A DNA stretch of 64,000 nucleotides from an uncultured Actinomycetes bacterium (GCA_963841215.1 CAWJBW010000006.1:83379-147378); one strand, 5' to 3'. Counted from the stretch's first letter, positions 1 to 11,058 are shown. Notes: generated from the sequence alone by a model not told the origin. A program made the numbers and translations.

Positions 1-363
1 GAAGGACAGCGTCTGAGCCTCGTGCTCGCGATCCAACTTGCCGCGGCTCCTGCGGTGCTCCTGCTCGACGAGCCGACGCGCGGCCTCGATCCGACGGCGA
101 AGGCGCGCCTCGCGTCCATCGTCGACGACCTCGCGCGCGCCGACGGCAAGGCGGTCGTGGTCGCGACCCACGACGTCGAGTTCGTCGCAACCGTCGCCGA
201 CCGGGTCGTCGTCCTCGCCGACGGTGAGATCGTTGCCGACGGACCGACTGCCGATGTCGTCTGCTCCTCGCCGGCATTCGCACCGCAGGTCGCGAAGATC
301 CTGCATCCCGAGCCGTGGCTCACGGTCGCGCAGGTCGCGTCGGCGCTGGAGACCGTGCCGTGA
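1..363 (+). CDS. ABC-type (ECF/cobalt-like) transporter ATP-binding protein, C-terminal part; 5' end lies outside the window
   Basis: Frame 1 is open from nt 1. The translation EGQRLSLVLA...LLLDEPTRGLD...VVVATHD gives signature-like, Walker B and H-loop motifs. Stop TGA at 361-363. Confidence 0.85.
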   Translation, partial: EGQRLSLVLAIQLAAAPAVLLLDEPTRGLDPTAKARLASIVDDLARADGKAVVVATHDVEFVATVADRVVVLADGEIVADGPTADVVCSSPAFAPQVAKILHPEPWLTVAQVASALETVP

Positions 364-1190
364 CCGTGCCGGCCGCTGCCGTTCGGGCGCAACGCTCGGT
401 GCTCGGTCTCGACGCGCGCGCGGGGGCGGTGCTCGCGCTCGTCTCCGCGGCCGGGCTCATGATGTTCGTCTGGCCCCTGTTGGTCGCGCCGTCGAGCGGG
501 CTCGCGCACAGTCGCGACGCTCCGTTCATCTTCATCGGCCTCCTGCCTGCGCTCATCGCGGTCGTGCTCTCCGAGGTCACCGCGGGCCGGATGGACACCA
601 AGTCGATCGCGATGCTGGGCGTGCTCGCGGCGATCGGCGCCGCCCTGCGCCCGATGGGAGCGGGAACCGCGGGCATCGAGACCGTGTTCTTCCTGCTCGT
701 GCTCGCCGGTCGTGTCTACGGCCCGGGCTTCGGCTTCGTGTTGGGGTCGACGACGATGTTCGCGTCGGCCCTCCTCACCGGCGGCATCGGACCCTGGCTT
801 CCGTTCCAGATGCTCGGCGCCTCGTGGGTGGGGCTCGGGGCCGGCCTGCTGCCGAGCGTCCGTGGACGTGCCGAAATCGTGATGCTCGCCTTCTACGGCG
901 CGGCGTCCGCGTACGCGTACGGTTTCCTGCTCAACCTGTCGTTCTGGCCGTTCGTCGTGACCGGCGATTCGCAACTCGCCTTCGTCGCCGGTGATCCGGT
1001 GCTCGCCAACTTGCATCGCTTCCTCCTGTACACGCTGGCAACGTCGACCGCGGGGTGGGATACCGGACGCGCGATCACCACGGTCCTCGCGATCGTGGTG
1101 ATCGGTCCTGCGACGCTGCTGACGCTCAGGCGCGCGGCCCGGCGGGCATCGTTCGGCGCGCCGGTGACCTTCGCGCCCGACTCGAGCTGA
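360..1190 (+). CDS. polytopic membrane protein resembling an ECF-transporter substrate-capture (S) component
   Basis: GTG at 360 overlaps the upstream stop (GTGA). Multiple hydrophobic helices and a GPWLPFQMLGASWVGLGAG-type segment. Sits directly after the ATPase gene. The function is inferred from context. Confidence 0.6.
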   Translation: MTVPAAAVRAQRSVLGLDARAGAVLALVSAAGLMMFVWPLLVAPSSGLAHSRDAPFIFIGLLPALIAVVLSEVTAGRMDTKSIAMLGVLAAIGAALRPMGAGTAGIETVFFLLVLAGRVYGPGFGFVLGSTTMFASALLTGGIGPWLPFQMLGASWVGLGAGLLPSVRGRAEIVMLAFYGAASAYAYGFLLNLSFWPFVVTGDSQLAFVAGDPVLANLHRFLLYTLATSTAGWDTGRAITTVLAIVVIGPATLLTLRRAARRASFGAPVTFAPDSS

Positions 1191-1223
1191 CCGTGGTAGC
1201 AAGCGGATATCGAAACCACGCCC

Positions 1224-2687
1224 GTGCCGGCGAGGCTCCGTAGAGATCCCTTCCTCGTCACCGTCGTCGCGCTCGCAGTCGCGCTCGCGGTCGCCGACTC
1301 GTCGGTGGTGGTGCTCGCCCTCCCGGATCTCTACGGCGAATTCGACGTGTCGATCGTCGGCGTCTCGTGGACGATCACCGCGTACAACCTGGCGATCGTG
1401 GTGGGTGCGCTCGCGGTGTTACCGCTGGAACGGCGGGTGCGCGGTCATGTGTTCGCCGGAATCGGCCTCGCCGTGTTCGCGGCGTCATCGCTCGCGTGCG
1501 GGCTCGCCAACTCCTTCGAGGTGTTGCTCGTCGGGCGCAGCATCCAGGGCTTCGGCGCCGCGCTCGCGCTGGCGGGCGCAGTACCGGTCCTCGCCGGTAT
1601 CCGCGGCCGCGACGAGCACGCGATCGCGATTTGGGGCGTCGCGGGGACGATCGGCGCCGCGCTCGGTCCTGCGCTCGGTGGTCTGCTCACCTCCCTCTTC
1701 AGCTGGCGCAGCATCTTCCTGCTGCAGGCGCCGCTCGCCGCGATCGCGATGGTTGCGATACTCGACCGCAGAGCACGGTCCGTGGAGATCGCGCCCCGCC
1801 GTGAGCGGGTGGGCGGGACGTGGCTCGCCAACGCAGGCTTCCTGCTCCTGTACGCCGCACTCGTCGGCGCGTTGTTCCTCGCGGTGCTCCTCCTCGTCGT
1901 GGTGTGGGGTTGGGACCCGCTCGCCGGCGCGCTCGTCGTCAGCGGCCTGCCGCTGGGCGCGGTCGGTGTGCGGACCTTCGGCGCACGACTGCCGCTGCGC
2001 ATGGCCGCCGCGACCGGCGGTGTCGCGCTCGCCGGCGGCCTGGTCGCCCTCGCCTTCCTCCCCGACGCCAGCGGCCGCTGGGTCGCCCCGGCGCTCTTCG
2101 CATGCGGCATCGGCTTCGGAATGCTCGGCGGTGTCCTCGGCCCGGCCGCGGTGCCGGCGAAGGAAGCCAACGTCCGTGCCGCGACCGTCTCGATCGCGGC
2201 GCGCCATGCCGGCTTCGTCATCGGCCTCGCGGTGATCGCGCCGATCCTCGCGTCCCAGGTCGACACCGCGACCGTCGAGGCGACGCGCGCCACCACCTCG
2301 GTGATCCTCGACGCCGACGTCTCACTGCGGACCAAGGTCGACCTCGCGCTGGACTTGCGCGACCTCGTGGCCGACGCCCCACGCGGCGAGGTGCCGGACC
2401 CGAGTGTCCCGTTCGACGAGCGCGGCGCCGATGACGACGCCAATCTTCGCGACGCGCGTGATGGTGTGGTCGAATCGATCACCGACACGCTGACTCGCGC
2501 GTTCCGCAACGCGTTCCTGATCGCCGCTGCGTTCGGTGCCGCGGCTGCGGTCGTTGCCGCGTTGCTGCCCGGTGACGTACCGCGTACCCCGGAGCGCGAC
2601 GGCGGTCGCCCTTGCCGCGGGCACGATCGTGCTCGTCGGCGTCTTGATCGCCGCCGAGTTCCGCAACGGTGCACGCGACTTCGGTGA
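1224..2687 (+). CDS. MFS transporter (DHA2-like drug/H+ antiporter family)
   Basis: 487-aa ORF with N-terminal MFS-like helices (LPDLYGEFDVS, GRSIQGFGAAL, LGPALGGLL). The last ~35 aa are Arg-rich, as in an out-of-frame read. The real reading probably switches frame near 2570-2580 into the next ORF. Confidence 0.8.
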   Translation: MPARLRRDPFLVTVVALAVALAVADSSVVVLALPDLYGEFDVSIVGVSWTITAYNLAIVVGALAVLPLERRVRGHVFAGIGLAVFAASSLACGLANSFEVLLVGRSIQGFGAALALAGAVPVLAGIRGRDEHAIAIWGVAGTIGAALGPALGGLLTSLFSWRSIFLLQAPLAAIAMVAILDRRARSVEIAPRRERVGGTWLANAGFLLLYAALVGALFLAVLLLVVVWGWDPLAGALVVSGLPLGAVGVRTFGARLPLRMAAATGGVALAGGLVALAFLPDASGRWVAPALFACGIGFGMLGGVLGPAAVPAKEANVRAATVSIAARHAGFVIGLAVIAPILASQVDTATVEATRATTSVILDADVSLRTKVDLALDLRDLVADAPRGEVPDPSVPFDERGADDDANLRDARDGVVESITDTLTRAFRNAFLIAAAFGAAAAVVAALLPGDVPRTPERDGGRPCRGHDRARRRLDRRRVPQRCTRLR

Positions 2688-3048
2688 ACGCGAGTACGTC
2701 GCGCCCTGCGACGCACCCGCCGACCCGTTCCCGCAGGGCGATGGCATCGACGGCACACTGCAGCGCATCGCGCTGTCGGCGATCAACGGAGCCGCGTGTG
2801 ATCTGGGGACCGGTCGGGAGGAGCTGATCTTGTCGCTCGAACCCCGCACCGGCTTCGGGCCGGAGGTCACCTGGACCGAGGACACGCTCGAAGAAGCGCT
2901 GCGCGTCGGACTGGTACGCGCGATCGACGACGCCGACGACCGGGACACGATTCCCGGGATCGTTGCGACCGGGCTGAAGGCCGTCGCGAACCGGGCACCC
3001 ATCGACTGGGTCCTCGGCCGCTTCGATATTCCGTTCCTCGAGAACTGA
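2572..3048 (+). CDS. membrane-anchored hypothetical protein, or the frameshifted C-terminal extension of the MFS protein
   Basis: GTG at 2572 is followed by a TM helix (AVALAAGTIVLVGVLIAAEF) and a ~120-aa soluble domain with normal composition. It overlaps the junk-like tail of the MFS ORF. Confidence 0.45.
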   Translation: MTYRVPRSATAVALAAGTIVLVGVLIAAEFRNGARDFGEREYVAPCDAPADPFPQGDGIDGTLQRIALSAINGAACDLGTGREELILSLEPRTGFGPEVTWTEDTLEEALRVGLVRAIDDADDRDTIPGIVATGLKAVANRAPIDWVLGRFDIPFLEN

Positions 3049-3076
3049 ACCGGCTTCGCTGGTCGTAGGCACGGTT

Positions 3077-5064
3077 GTGTGGTTTCGTGCACCGGTGATC
3101 GCCAAGCGGTTCGCGGCCCGCCCGTTCGTGTGGCTCGTGCACGTCGCGCTGCCGGTGCTCGGGTTGTGGCTGCTCATCGCCGATCCACCCGTCGATCACG
3201 AGCTCATGTGGGAACAGCAGTCGGCCCACTTCTGGCTGGTGCTCGGCACCGCGATCATCAGCTCCGCCCTCGCGGTGAAAGCTGCGCTCGAAGCGCGCCG
3301 CCATCAGGATGCCCGCCTCTTCCTCGTCGCCGTTTCGTTCCTCGTCGCGGCCGGGTTCCTCGGACTGCACGCGCTGGGGACGCCGACCGTGCTCGTCGAC
3401 CTGCCGAATACCGGCTTCGTGCTCGCGACACCTTTCGGTCTCACGCTGGCGGTGATCCCCGCGGTCGCCTCGGCGATGGTGGCGCGACGCGGAAGCGGGC
3501 TCGTCGTACGGGCGGCGCCGGCAGTGCTCGTCGGGACCTTCGTGATGTTCGCGCTGTGGGCCGTATGGTCGCTCGCACGTTGGGCACCGCTCGACGGCCA
3601 ACCGACGGTCGAGCAACACCGCTCCGACTTCGCGGCCTTCGTGGTGCCGGCCGCGATGCTCTACTGCGGCACCGCGATCATCTACTTCCTGCAGTACCTC
3701 AAGCGACCGTCGATGGTGCTGCTCTCGGTGCTGACCGCATTCGTGCTGCTCGCCGAGGCCGCCGTCGCCACACTGGTCGGCCGCAACTGGGAAGCGTCGT
3801 GGTGGACATGGCACATCCTGATGACGATCGCCTTCGCGCTGGTCGCGTACGGCGTGCTCGTCGAGTACTCACGAGAGGGGTCGACGCGATCGCTGTTTCG
3901 CGCGGTCACACTGGACGAGACGCTGGCTCGCTACCGGCACGACTACGCGACCGCCCTCGACACGCTCGTTCGGTCCGTCGAAAGCGGCGAGGAAGGATCG
4001 GTCGAGCGGGCGGCTGCGTCGCTCGCCGACCGGTTCGAGCTGTCGGACTCGCAGGTGCAGCTGCTCGCGCAGGCCGCCGACGCGCTCGGCCACGAGCGGG
4101 AACGGATCCGGCGTTTGGGCGCGCTCGCCGCGATCGCCCGCGAGGTCTCGGTGGTGCGCACGGAAGCCGAGGTGGTCGCGCACGCGACGGAACACCTCCG
4201 CGCCGGCTTCGCGCCCGATCAGGTCGTGATCTCGCTCGATCCGCGTGCCGTTGCGCCCCCCGGCTCCTTGGCGGTGCCGCTCTCGGTGAAGGGTCACCCG
4301 GCGGGGATGGTGCACGTCACGCACGAGGGCAAACGTCCGCACCCGTCGGGTCCGAGCACGACGAGGCCATGCTCTCGTCACTCGCCGGGCAGCTCTCGGT
4401 CGCGGTCGAGAACGCGCGCATGTACCGCGATCTCGACCGCTTGTTCCGGCAGTACGTGTCGCCCGATGTCGCAACCGCGTTGCTGGCCGATCCGAGCCAG
4501 GCCGCACTCGGTGGCGAGGAGCGTGAAGTGACCGTGGTGTTCGCCGACCTCCAGGGCTTCACCGCGTTCTCCGAGGTGCGCGATCCGACTGCCGTGGTGC
4601 AGATGCTCAACCACTACTTCGGGCTGGCCGTGCCGATGCTGCTCGCCGAAGGCGGCACCGTCGCCCACTTCATCGGCGACGCGCTGATGGTGTTGTTCAA
4701 CGCGCCGATCCGTCAGCCCGATCACGCTCGAGCCGCGGCACGCGCGGCGCAGGCCGTATGCCGGGCAGTGGACGAAGCAAGGGCGGCCTACCCGGACTGG
4801 CCGCAGGTCCGCGTCGGCATCAACACCGGCGCGGCGCTCATCGGCAACATCGGCGGTGAGGATGTCCGCTCCTTCACCGCGATCGGCGACGCGGTCAACC
4901 TCGCGTCGCGACTCGAAGGGCTTGCGCCTCCGGGCGGGATCGTGATCGGCGAGCGCACCCGCGAACTGCTCGGCCCGGCGGCGCGCGTCGAGGCGCTCGG
5001 CACGGTGGCAGTGAAGGGCAAGCACGATCCGGTGCGGGCGTTCCGTCTCCTCACGATCGAATAG
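3077..5064 (+). CDS. membrane-bound GAF domain / class III adenylate-guanylate cyclase; frame broken near 4340 in this sequence
   Basis: The 3077 frame gives ~8 TM helices plus the start of a GAF domain. The 3079 frame continues with EHDEAMLSSLAGQLSVAVENARMY and then a cyclase core (VTVVFADLQGFT, GDALMVLFNAP, RVGINTGAALIGNIGG, TAIGDAVNLASRLE). Confidence 0.85.
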
Positions 5065-5099
5065 TGCGCTTCGCTGCGAATCCGCTCGGAAACGAGCGC

Positions 5100-5285
5100 T
5101 CAGCCCTCTTCCCACTCCTTGTCGGCCGCATCCCACGCCTTGTTGCGCGCCTCGAACTGCGCCTTCCAGTTCTCCGCCTCTTCGCGCGATGCGTACGGGC
5201 CGAGGCGACGGTCGGGTGCGCAGCCTCCCGCCTCCGCGCGTTCGGCCGCGCCGTGATCGAGGCACCAGTACCACTGCTCAGCCAT
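5100..5285 (-). CDS. small conserved hypothetical protein (61 aa)
   Basis: Intact ORF MAEQWYWCLDHG...RLGPYASREEAENW with a GGAGG ribosome-binding site 6 nt upstream of the ATG (reverse complement of 5289-5298). Confidence 0.7.
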   Translation of the reverse strand: MAEQWYWCLDHGAAERAEAGGCAPDRRLGPYASREEAENWKAQFEARNKAWDAADKEWEEG

Positions 5286-5330
5286 GTTGTGTCCTCCTCA
5301 CGGACGCTGAGACTTACTCCATAAAATCGA

Positions 5331-5359
5331 TTGACATACTCATATTTAGCGGGCATCAT
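5331..5359 (+). promoter_or_regulatory. possible promoter (TTGACA, 17-nt spacer, CATCAT) that would give a near-leaderless transcript for the 5366 gene
   Basis: TTGACA at 5331-5336 in the only AT-richer stretch between divergent genes. A weak -10-like CATCAT lies at 5354-5359. The GTG start is at 5366. Confidence 0.25.
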
Positions 5360-5365
5360 GCCGGC

Positions 5366-5811
5366 GTGCTCATCGCACCGTCTACACCCGTCTCGTCCGC
5401 ATCCTCCGCGTCCGCTCCCGCCCCGGACGTCGGCGCGCTCGCTCGTCGGTTCTCGCGTACCCCCTCGCGGGTGCCGGCGGGCTGCGCGCGGTTCCGGGAG
5501 GGCGAGGATGGTGTCGCCTCGCCGCCACTGCGGCGTACGACGTCTGGCTGATCGTGTGGGGTACCGGCTCATGTCTCGACCTCCACGACCACGGCGGTTC
5601 GTTCGGCGCGCTGCACGTCGTGCGCGGCGCCCTCATCGAGCAGTACCGCGACCTCGGTGACCCGGCCGGCTTGGTGACCCGACGTCTCGAGGCCGGCGAA
5701 ACGGTCGTCGTGCCCGCGGTCCGCACCCACTCGATCGCGAACCGGGGTGCCGAGGTCGCGAGCGTCCACGTCTACAGCCCACCGCTCCGCCATCTCACGG
5801 GTGGCGACTAG
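5366..5811 (+). CDS. cysteine dioxygenase type I-like cupin protein; frame break near 5530
   Basis: The C-terminal frame reads YDVWLIVWGTGSCLDLHDHGGSFGALHVVRGALIE (cupin His motif). The N-terminal ~55 aa lie in the frame of ORF 5189..5551. Confidence 0.6.
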
Positions 5812-5838
5812 GTTGCGGCCCTTCGATCTGGGGGGATC

Positions 5839-7294
5839 ATGTCGCAGACGTCGAAGTCGACGAAGGTTCGCAAGACGCTGGTGTCGCTCGGGCTGCTGGC
5901 GGTCGTGCCGCTCGTGCTCGCGGCGTGTGAGCGACGCGACATCGGCACCGCCAACCGGGCCGACGATCCGGTGGTGCTCGCCGGGAGCCAGGTCGCCGAC
6001 CTCCAGGGCATCGCCCCGAGCCGGCTGGTCGCGTTCTCGTTCATCTACGGCACGTGGAGTCAGATCCCGGTACAGGTCGACGAGCGCGCGGTGCTCCCCA
6101 TTGCGCGGCCGAAGAATCAGAGCAGTCCGCAGACTGCGCTCTTCTACACCGATGCCAACACGTGGACCGGGGCCGACCCGGACGCGACGTTCGACGCCAA
6201 CGACGAGATCGCGGTGATGTCGCGCGAGCTGTTCGGCGAGGCGCACTCCATCGACGACGACGAGCGGAACGTGCACTACACCCTCGACGAGCCCGACCAT
6301 GTGGTCGCCGGGAGCGGCGTGCAGGTGAAGGTGACCGATCCGCTCGTCGCCAACTCGGGCTCGTGGCTCTACCTGTTCGAGAGCGACGGCACGCTCGACC
6401 CGGCCGCCGGCCGCGATCCGCTGGTCGACTACGACTTCAACCTGCTCTCCGGCAACTACAAGGCCACCTACGTCATCGGTGTCGGGTGCGAATCCCGAGA
6501 ACTCGTCGGTCACGACCAGCCGTTACTCGGCACACTTCTCGGACCGTTGGATCAACGACGAGATCCGCATCACTGCGGGTGGCGCGACCAATGTCGACAT
6601 CCTCGATCGCCAGAAGTCGGGATTCGCCGGTTCGTGCGGCCGCACCGAAGGGACGTTCTCGACCGGCGGCGGCGCGATCATCGCCAACAAGTCGGGGCCG
6701 GTGCGGGCGATCCGTTCGTACCTGGGTGCGAACAGCGGCACGTACACGCAGCGCGACGTCACCATGTACGAGGGCCGCATGGAGGTCACGACCATCCTGC
6801 GCGTGCACCCGATCCCCCCGTTGCGCGACTGGATGGACTACAGCGCCGACGCGATCGGGATGCAGTACCTCACGAGCACACAACCGGCCGGCGTCACGAT
6901 CGACGGTGTTCCCGACTCGATCCCGGCCGGTCTACCCACATGGGAGATGGTGCGCGGCGCTCCTGGCGCGATCGTGCACACGAACGCACTCGTGAGCGAC
7001 ATCCCCGGGATCCAGGGCACTGTGCAGCCGTACTACGTCGACGACTCCACACCGACCGAGAGCCAGTGCACCGGCGACGCGTTCCAGTACGGCGCGAGCG
7101 GCTCGACCGTCGGCCCGCCGCCAGGCCAGACACCATCCCGAACACCGACCCGACCACGGGCGGCGGCGGCATCCTTCCGGTCGACGCGCACGATGACGTT
7201 CCTCGGGCCGACGACGAGCACCGACACCGCCGCGACGATCGGCGCGCAGTCGACCGCGCCGCTCACGAAGACGGTGACGGCGTTCGCACCCTGA
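5839..7294 (+). CDS. secreted lipoprotein of unknown function; about three frame breaks near 6480, 7120 and 7190
   Basis: Signal peptide with lipobox (LLAVVPLVLAAC). Protein-like composition continues from the 5839 frame into the 6479 frame (KATYVIG / ANPENSSVTTSRYSAHFSDRW). Confidence 0.7.
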
Positions 7295-7319
7295 GATCTC
7301 GGGTGTCGCTCGCGCCCGA

Positions 7320-7938
7320 TCAGGCGCGATAGATGTTGACGGTGTCGTCGAGGCCGAGCGTCGCGGCATCGGCGCGCCCGGTGGCAACGAGGACGAATTG
7401 CAGCGGGTCGTCGTCGATGTCGACGGTGAGCGGGCCGAAGTTGCGAAGCTCGAGCTCGCTCACGAGATAGGCGATGCTGGCGTCGAGGCCCGGACCGCGT
7501 TCCGAAGGGCGGCCGAGCGCGGCGCGGATGTCGTCGGCGTGAACGTACGTGTCGTACCAGAGCGTCAGCACACCTCGACCGAGCGTGAGGTCCGGCACGC
7601 CGCTGGGTCCGGCCCAGGCCTCGTCGTCGATCGCGTCCATCAACGCGCGCAACGACCCGGTCGCGGCGCGCAGGCGCTGCGGCGGCAACCGCAGGCGCGT
7701 CGTCGCGCACCGTTGCCGCTTCCTCCGCAGCCGTGCGGCTGCCGGGAACGCCGGCGGCAGTGTCTTCCGCGAGCCCGACGACATGGCCGGCGACGTCGCG
7801 CACGTCGAACCCTTCACATCGGCTCGCGGTGCGCCAATCCTCGTCCGACAGCGAGTCGAGCAGGTCGGCGAACGCGTCGTATTCGGCGATCGCGCCGGCG
7901 CCGACGGTCGTACGGTCGGAAATGTCGGTCGTGATCAT
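7320..7938 (-). CDS. maleylpyruvate isomerase-like mycothiol-dependent enzyme family (TIGR03083/DinB-like); frame break near 7690
   Basis: ATG at 7938 with a GGAG site. N-terminus reads MITTDISDRTT...DEDWRTASRCEGFDVRDVAGHVVG. The C-terminus continues in ORF 7320..7817. Confidence 0.7.
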
Positions 7939-8095
7939 GGGGATCTCCGGTTCGTTCGGGTCGGCACGCTGCCGGCGAGCGCCTGCAGGTCCATGCTGCA
8001 CATCATCTCGCCGGTCGGGAGGCAGGGCGATTCCCTCCGAGGTAATCGTCCGAGCGCGACGCCGTCGGTACGGTGGCGGGCATGAGCGAGCCGGC

Positions 8096-8887
8096 ATGAG
8101 TGAGCAGGCCGCGGTCGGCACGCTGCTGCGCGAGTGGCGCACGCGCCGTCGGTTGAGCCAGCTCGACCTTGCCTCGGAGGCCGGGATCTCGTCGCGTCAC
8201 CTGAGCTTCGTCGAGACCGGACGATCGCGCCCGAGCCGGGAGATGGTGCTCCACCTCGCCGACCAGCTCGGCGTCCCGCTCCGGGCCCGCAACTCGCTGC
8301 TCATCGCCGCGGGCTACGCGCCGACGTTCCACGCAACCGATCTCGACGCGCCGGAGATGCGAAGCGTGCGCAGCGCGATCGAGCGGATCCTCGCCGCGCA
8401 CGACCCGTATCCCGCGATCCTCGTCGACCGGCGGTGGATGCTCGTCGCCGCCAACCGCGCCGCCGCGCTGCTGGTCGAGGGCGTCGCGCCGGAGTTGTTG
8501 GAACCACCGATCAACGTGCTCCGCGCCAGCCTCCATCCCGACGGCCTCGCGAAGCGCATCGTCAATCTGTCGGAGTGGGCCGAGCACATCATCGGCGGGT
8601 TGCAGCGGCAGATCGCGGTGACCGGTGACGACGAGCTGCGCGCGCTCGAAGCGGAGCTGTCGGAGTACGCGACGCAACAGGGCGCGGGTCCACCGCCGGC
8701 GGCCGAAGCGCCCGGTGCGATTGCGATTCCGTTGCGCCTGCATTCGCCCGACGGTGAACTGGCGTTCATCACGACGATCGCGACGTTCGGTACTGCACTC
8801 GACGTGACGCTCGCCGAGCTCGCGATCGAGGCGTTCCTCCCGGCCGACGACGTCACGGCCGCGGCGCTGTTCGCGGCCTACGGCTGA
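8096..8887 (+). CDS. XRE-family HTH regulator with an MmyB-like ligand-binding domain
   Basis: LREWRTRRRLSQLDLASEAGISSRHLSFVETGRSRPS (HTH) is followed by an MmyB-like C-terminal domain. Divergent from the DinB-like gene. Intact. Confidence 0.85.
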   Translation: MSEQAAVGTLLREWRTRRRLSQLDLASEAGISSRHLSFVETGRSRPSREMVLHLADQLGVPLRARNSLLIAAGYAPTFHATDLDAPEMRSVRSAIERILAAHDPYPAILVDRRWMLVAANRAAALLVEGVAPELLEPPINVLRASLHPDGLAKRIVNLSEWAEHIIGGLQRQIAVTGDDELRALEAELSEYATQQGAGPPPAAEAPGAIAIPLRLHSPDGELAFITTIATFGTALDVTLAELAIEAFLPADDVTAAALFAAYG

Positions 8888-8928
8888 GCCGCGGGTGCCG
8901 CAAGACGGATGCGGGTACGTTCTCCCGC

Positions 8929-11054
8929 ATGCCTGATTCCCGCGACAACGACGACGAATCGCCGCTCGACCGGTTCTTCGAGTGGGCCGAGACGGTGGTC
9001 TATGTGCTCGTCGGCGCCATTCTCATCGGCGGCGCGCTCGTGCTGCTCGTCGAGTCGATCGTCGTCTTCTTCGAAACACTCGACGACGGCGTGGTTGCCG
9101 CCGCCACCGAGACGCTCAGCATCCTTCTCATCGTGTTCATCTTCGTGGAGCTGCTCGGTGCCGTGCGCGTCATCATCCGCGAGCAGCGGCTCATCGCCGA
9201 ACCGTTCCTGCTCGTCGGCATCATCGCCGCGATCAAGGAGATCGTCGTCGTCGCAGGCGCCGAGAGCCCGACGGATGGCGACTTCGCCGAGTTCCGCGAC
9301 GCGATGGTCGAGATCGGCGTGCTCGCCGGCATCGTTCTCCTGCTCGCGATCGCGGCGTTGTTGCTCCGCAAGCGTGAACGCGAACCTTCCGAGGAAACCG
9401 AGCAACCGTCCGCGAGGTCGGGGCCGCGAAAGCTCCGAGCAGTCGTCGTGAGGCTCGAGGACTGGTTCCTCACGCCGGGCGAACGGGGCAACGACGCCAC
9501 GAAGATCGACCGGCGCCGTGGCGACGGTCGATCGTGGACCGAAGGAAACCACGTACGCGTCCTCGTCCACGGTGCCGAGTACTTCACGCGGCTCTACCGC
9601 GAGCTGTGCACGCTCGAGCGTGACGACTGGATCCACTTCACCGACTGGCGGGGCGATCCCGACGAGCTGCTCGCCGGACCCGGAACCCAAGTGGCCAAGG
9701 TGCTCGCCGACTGCGCGCGCAAAGGCGTCCACGTCCGTGGCCTCGTGTGGCGTTCGCATCCCGACGAAGCGCACTTCAGCGAGGAAGAGAACCTGCACCT
9801 CGTGGAGACGATCAACGAAGCCGGCGGCGAGGTGCTCCTCGACGAACGGGTACACCACGCGGGCAGTCATCATCAGAAGCTCTTCGTGCTGCGCCACCCC
9901 GACCACCCGGATGACGACGTCGCCTTCATCGGTGGCATCGACCTCTGCCACGGTCGCAACGACGACGATCGTCACGAGGGCGATCCGCAGGCGATCGAGA
10001 TCGACGATCGTTACGGCGAACGACCCGCGTGGCACGACGTGCAACTCGAAGTTCGCGGGCCGGGCGTCGGTGATCTGGCGTACACGTTCCGCGAGCGCTG
10101 GGAGGATCCGACACCCGTCGACCACCGCAACCCGGTGCGGGCGAGGGTGAACCGCATCGCGCACGAGCCCAAGCGGCCGGACCCGATGCCGCCGATGCCT
10201 CCGGATCCGGCCGCCGTGCGGCACGCACGCGGTGCAGGTCGTGCGGACGTATCCGGCCCGGCGACCGCGCTATCCGTTCGCGCCGGACGGTGAACGCAGC
10301 ATCGCCCGCACGTATCTCAAGGTGCTGCGTCGCGCCGAACGGCTGATCTATCTGGAAGACCAGTACCTCTGGTCCGAGGAAGGGGCCAACGCACTCGTCG
10401 AAGCGCTGCGCCGCGCGCCGCAGCTGCACATCGTGGCGATCGTGCCGCGTCACCCGGATCGGGACGGCCGGTTCAGCGGTCCGCCGTACCGCATCGGGCA
10501 GGACCGGGTGTTCCGGACGGTGAAGGAAGCCGCGCCCGATCGTGTCGCGATCTTCGACATCGAGAATGCGCAGGGGTACCCGATCTACGTGCACGCCAAG
10601 GTCTGCGTGATCGACGACGTGTGGCTGATGGTGGGTTCCGACAACCTCAACCGGCGGTCGTGGACGAACGACTCCGAGCTCTCGTGCGCAGTCATCGATG
10701 CGCAGTTCGACGAGCGCGAGCCGCGCGACCCGGCGGGACTCGGTGACAATGCCCGTGTGCTCGCGCGTGAAACTCGTTTGCGGCTCTGGCGTGAGCACCT
10801 GGGCCGGGCCGACGGCGAGGACGACGATCTCGTCGAGTTCTCCGAGGGCGCGCGCGCCATGGTCGCGTCGGCGCGCACCCTCGACGCCTGGCACGCGAAC
10901 GGCAAGCAGGGCCCACGCCCGAGTGGCGGACTTCGCACCCACGAGCCCGAGCCCGTGCCGGCCCACCACGCGTGGTGGGCATCCGTCATGTACCGCACGC
11001 GCGGTCGACCCGGATGGTCGACCGCTCGCGATGCGGCTGCGCGGCCGCTACTGA
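8929..11054 (+). CDS. PsiE-like membrane domain fused to a phospholipase D superfamily protein (two HKD motifs); frame breaks near 10210 and 10995
   Basis: N-terminal 4-TM PsiE-like region (FIFVELLGAVRVIIREQRLIAEPFLLVGIIAAIKEIVV). HKD 1 is HHQKLFVL...GGIDLCHGRND. HKD 2 is HAKVCVIDDVWLMVGSDNLNRRS. The plausible C-terminal end AVDPDGRPLAMRLRGRY is in ORF 10698..11054. Confidence 0.85.
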
Positions 11055-11058
11055 CCGA

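Noticed and set aside
1445-2758. 437-aa minus-strand ORF, plus similar long ORFs antisense to real genes: 8878..10224(-), 12817..13947(-), 24085..25518(+), 26665..28410(+), 38858..40204(-), 52990..55284(-), 11591..12556(-).
   Set aside because: All are extremely Arg/Ala/Pro/Gly-rich with no family-like motifs. They lie opposite ORFs that have clear domain signatures. These are the typical shadow ORFs of very GC-rich DNA.
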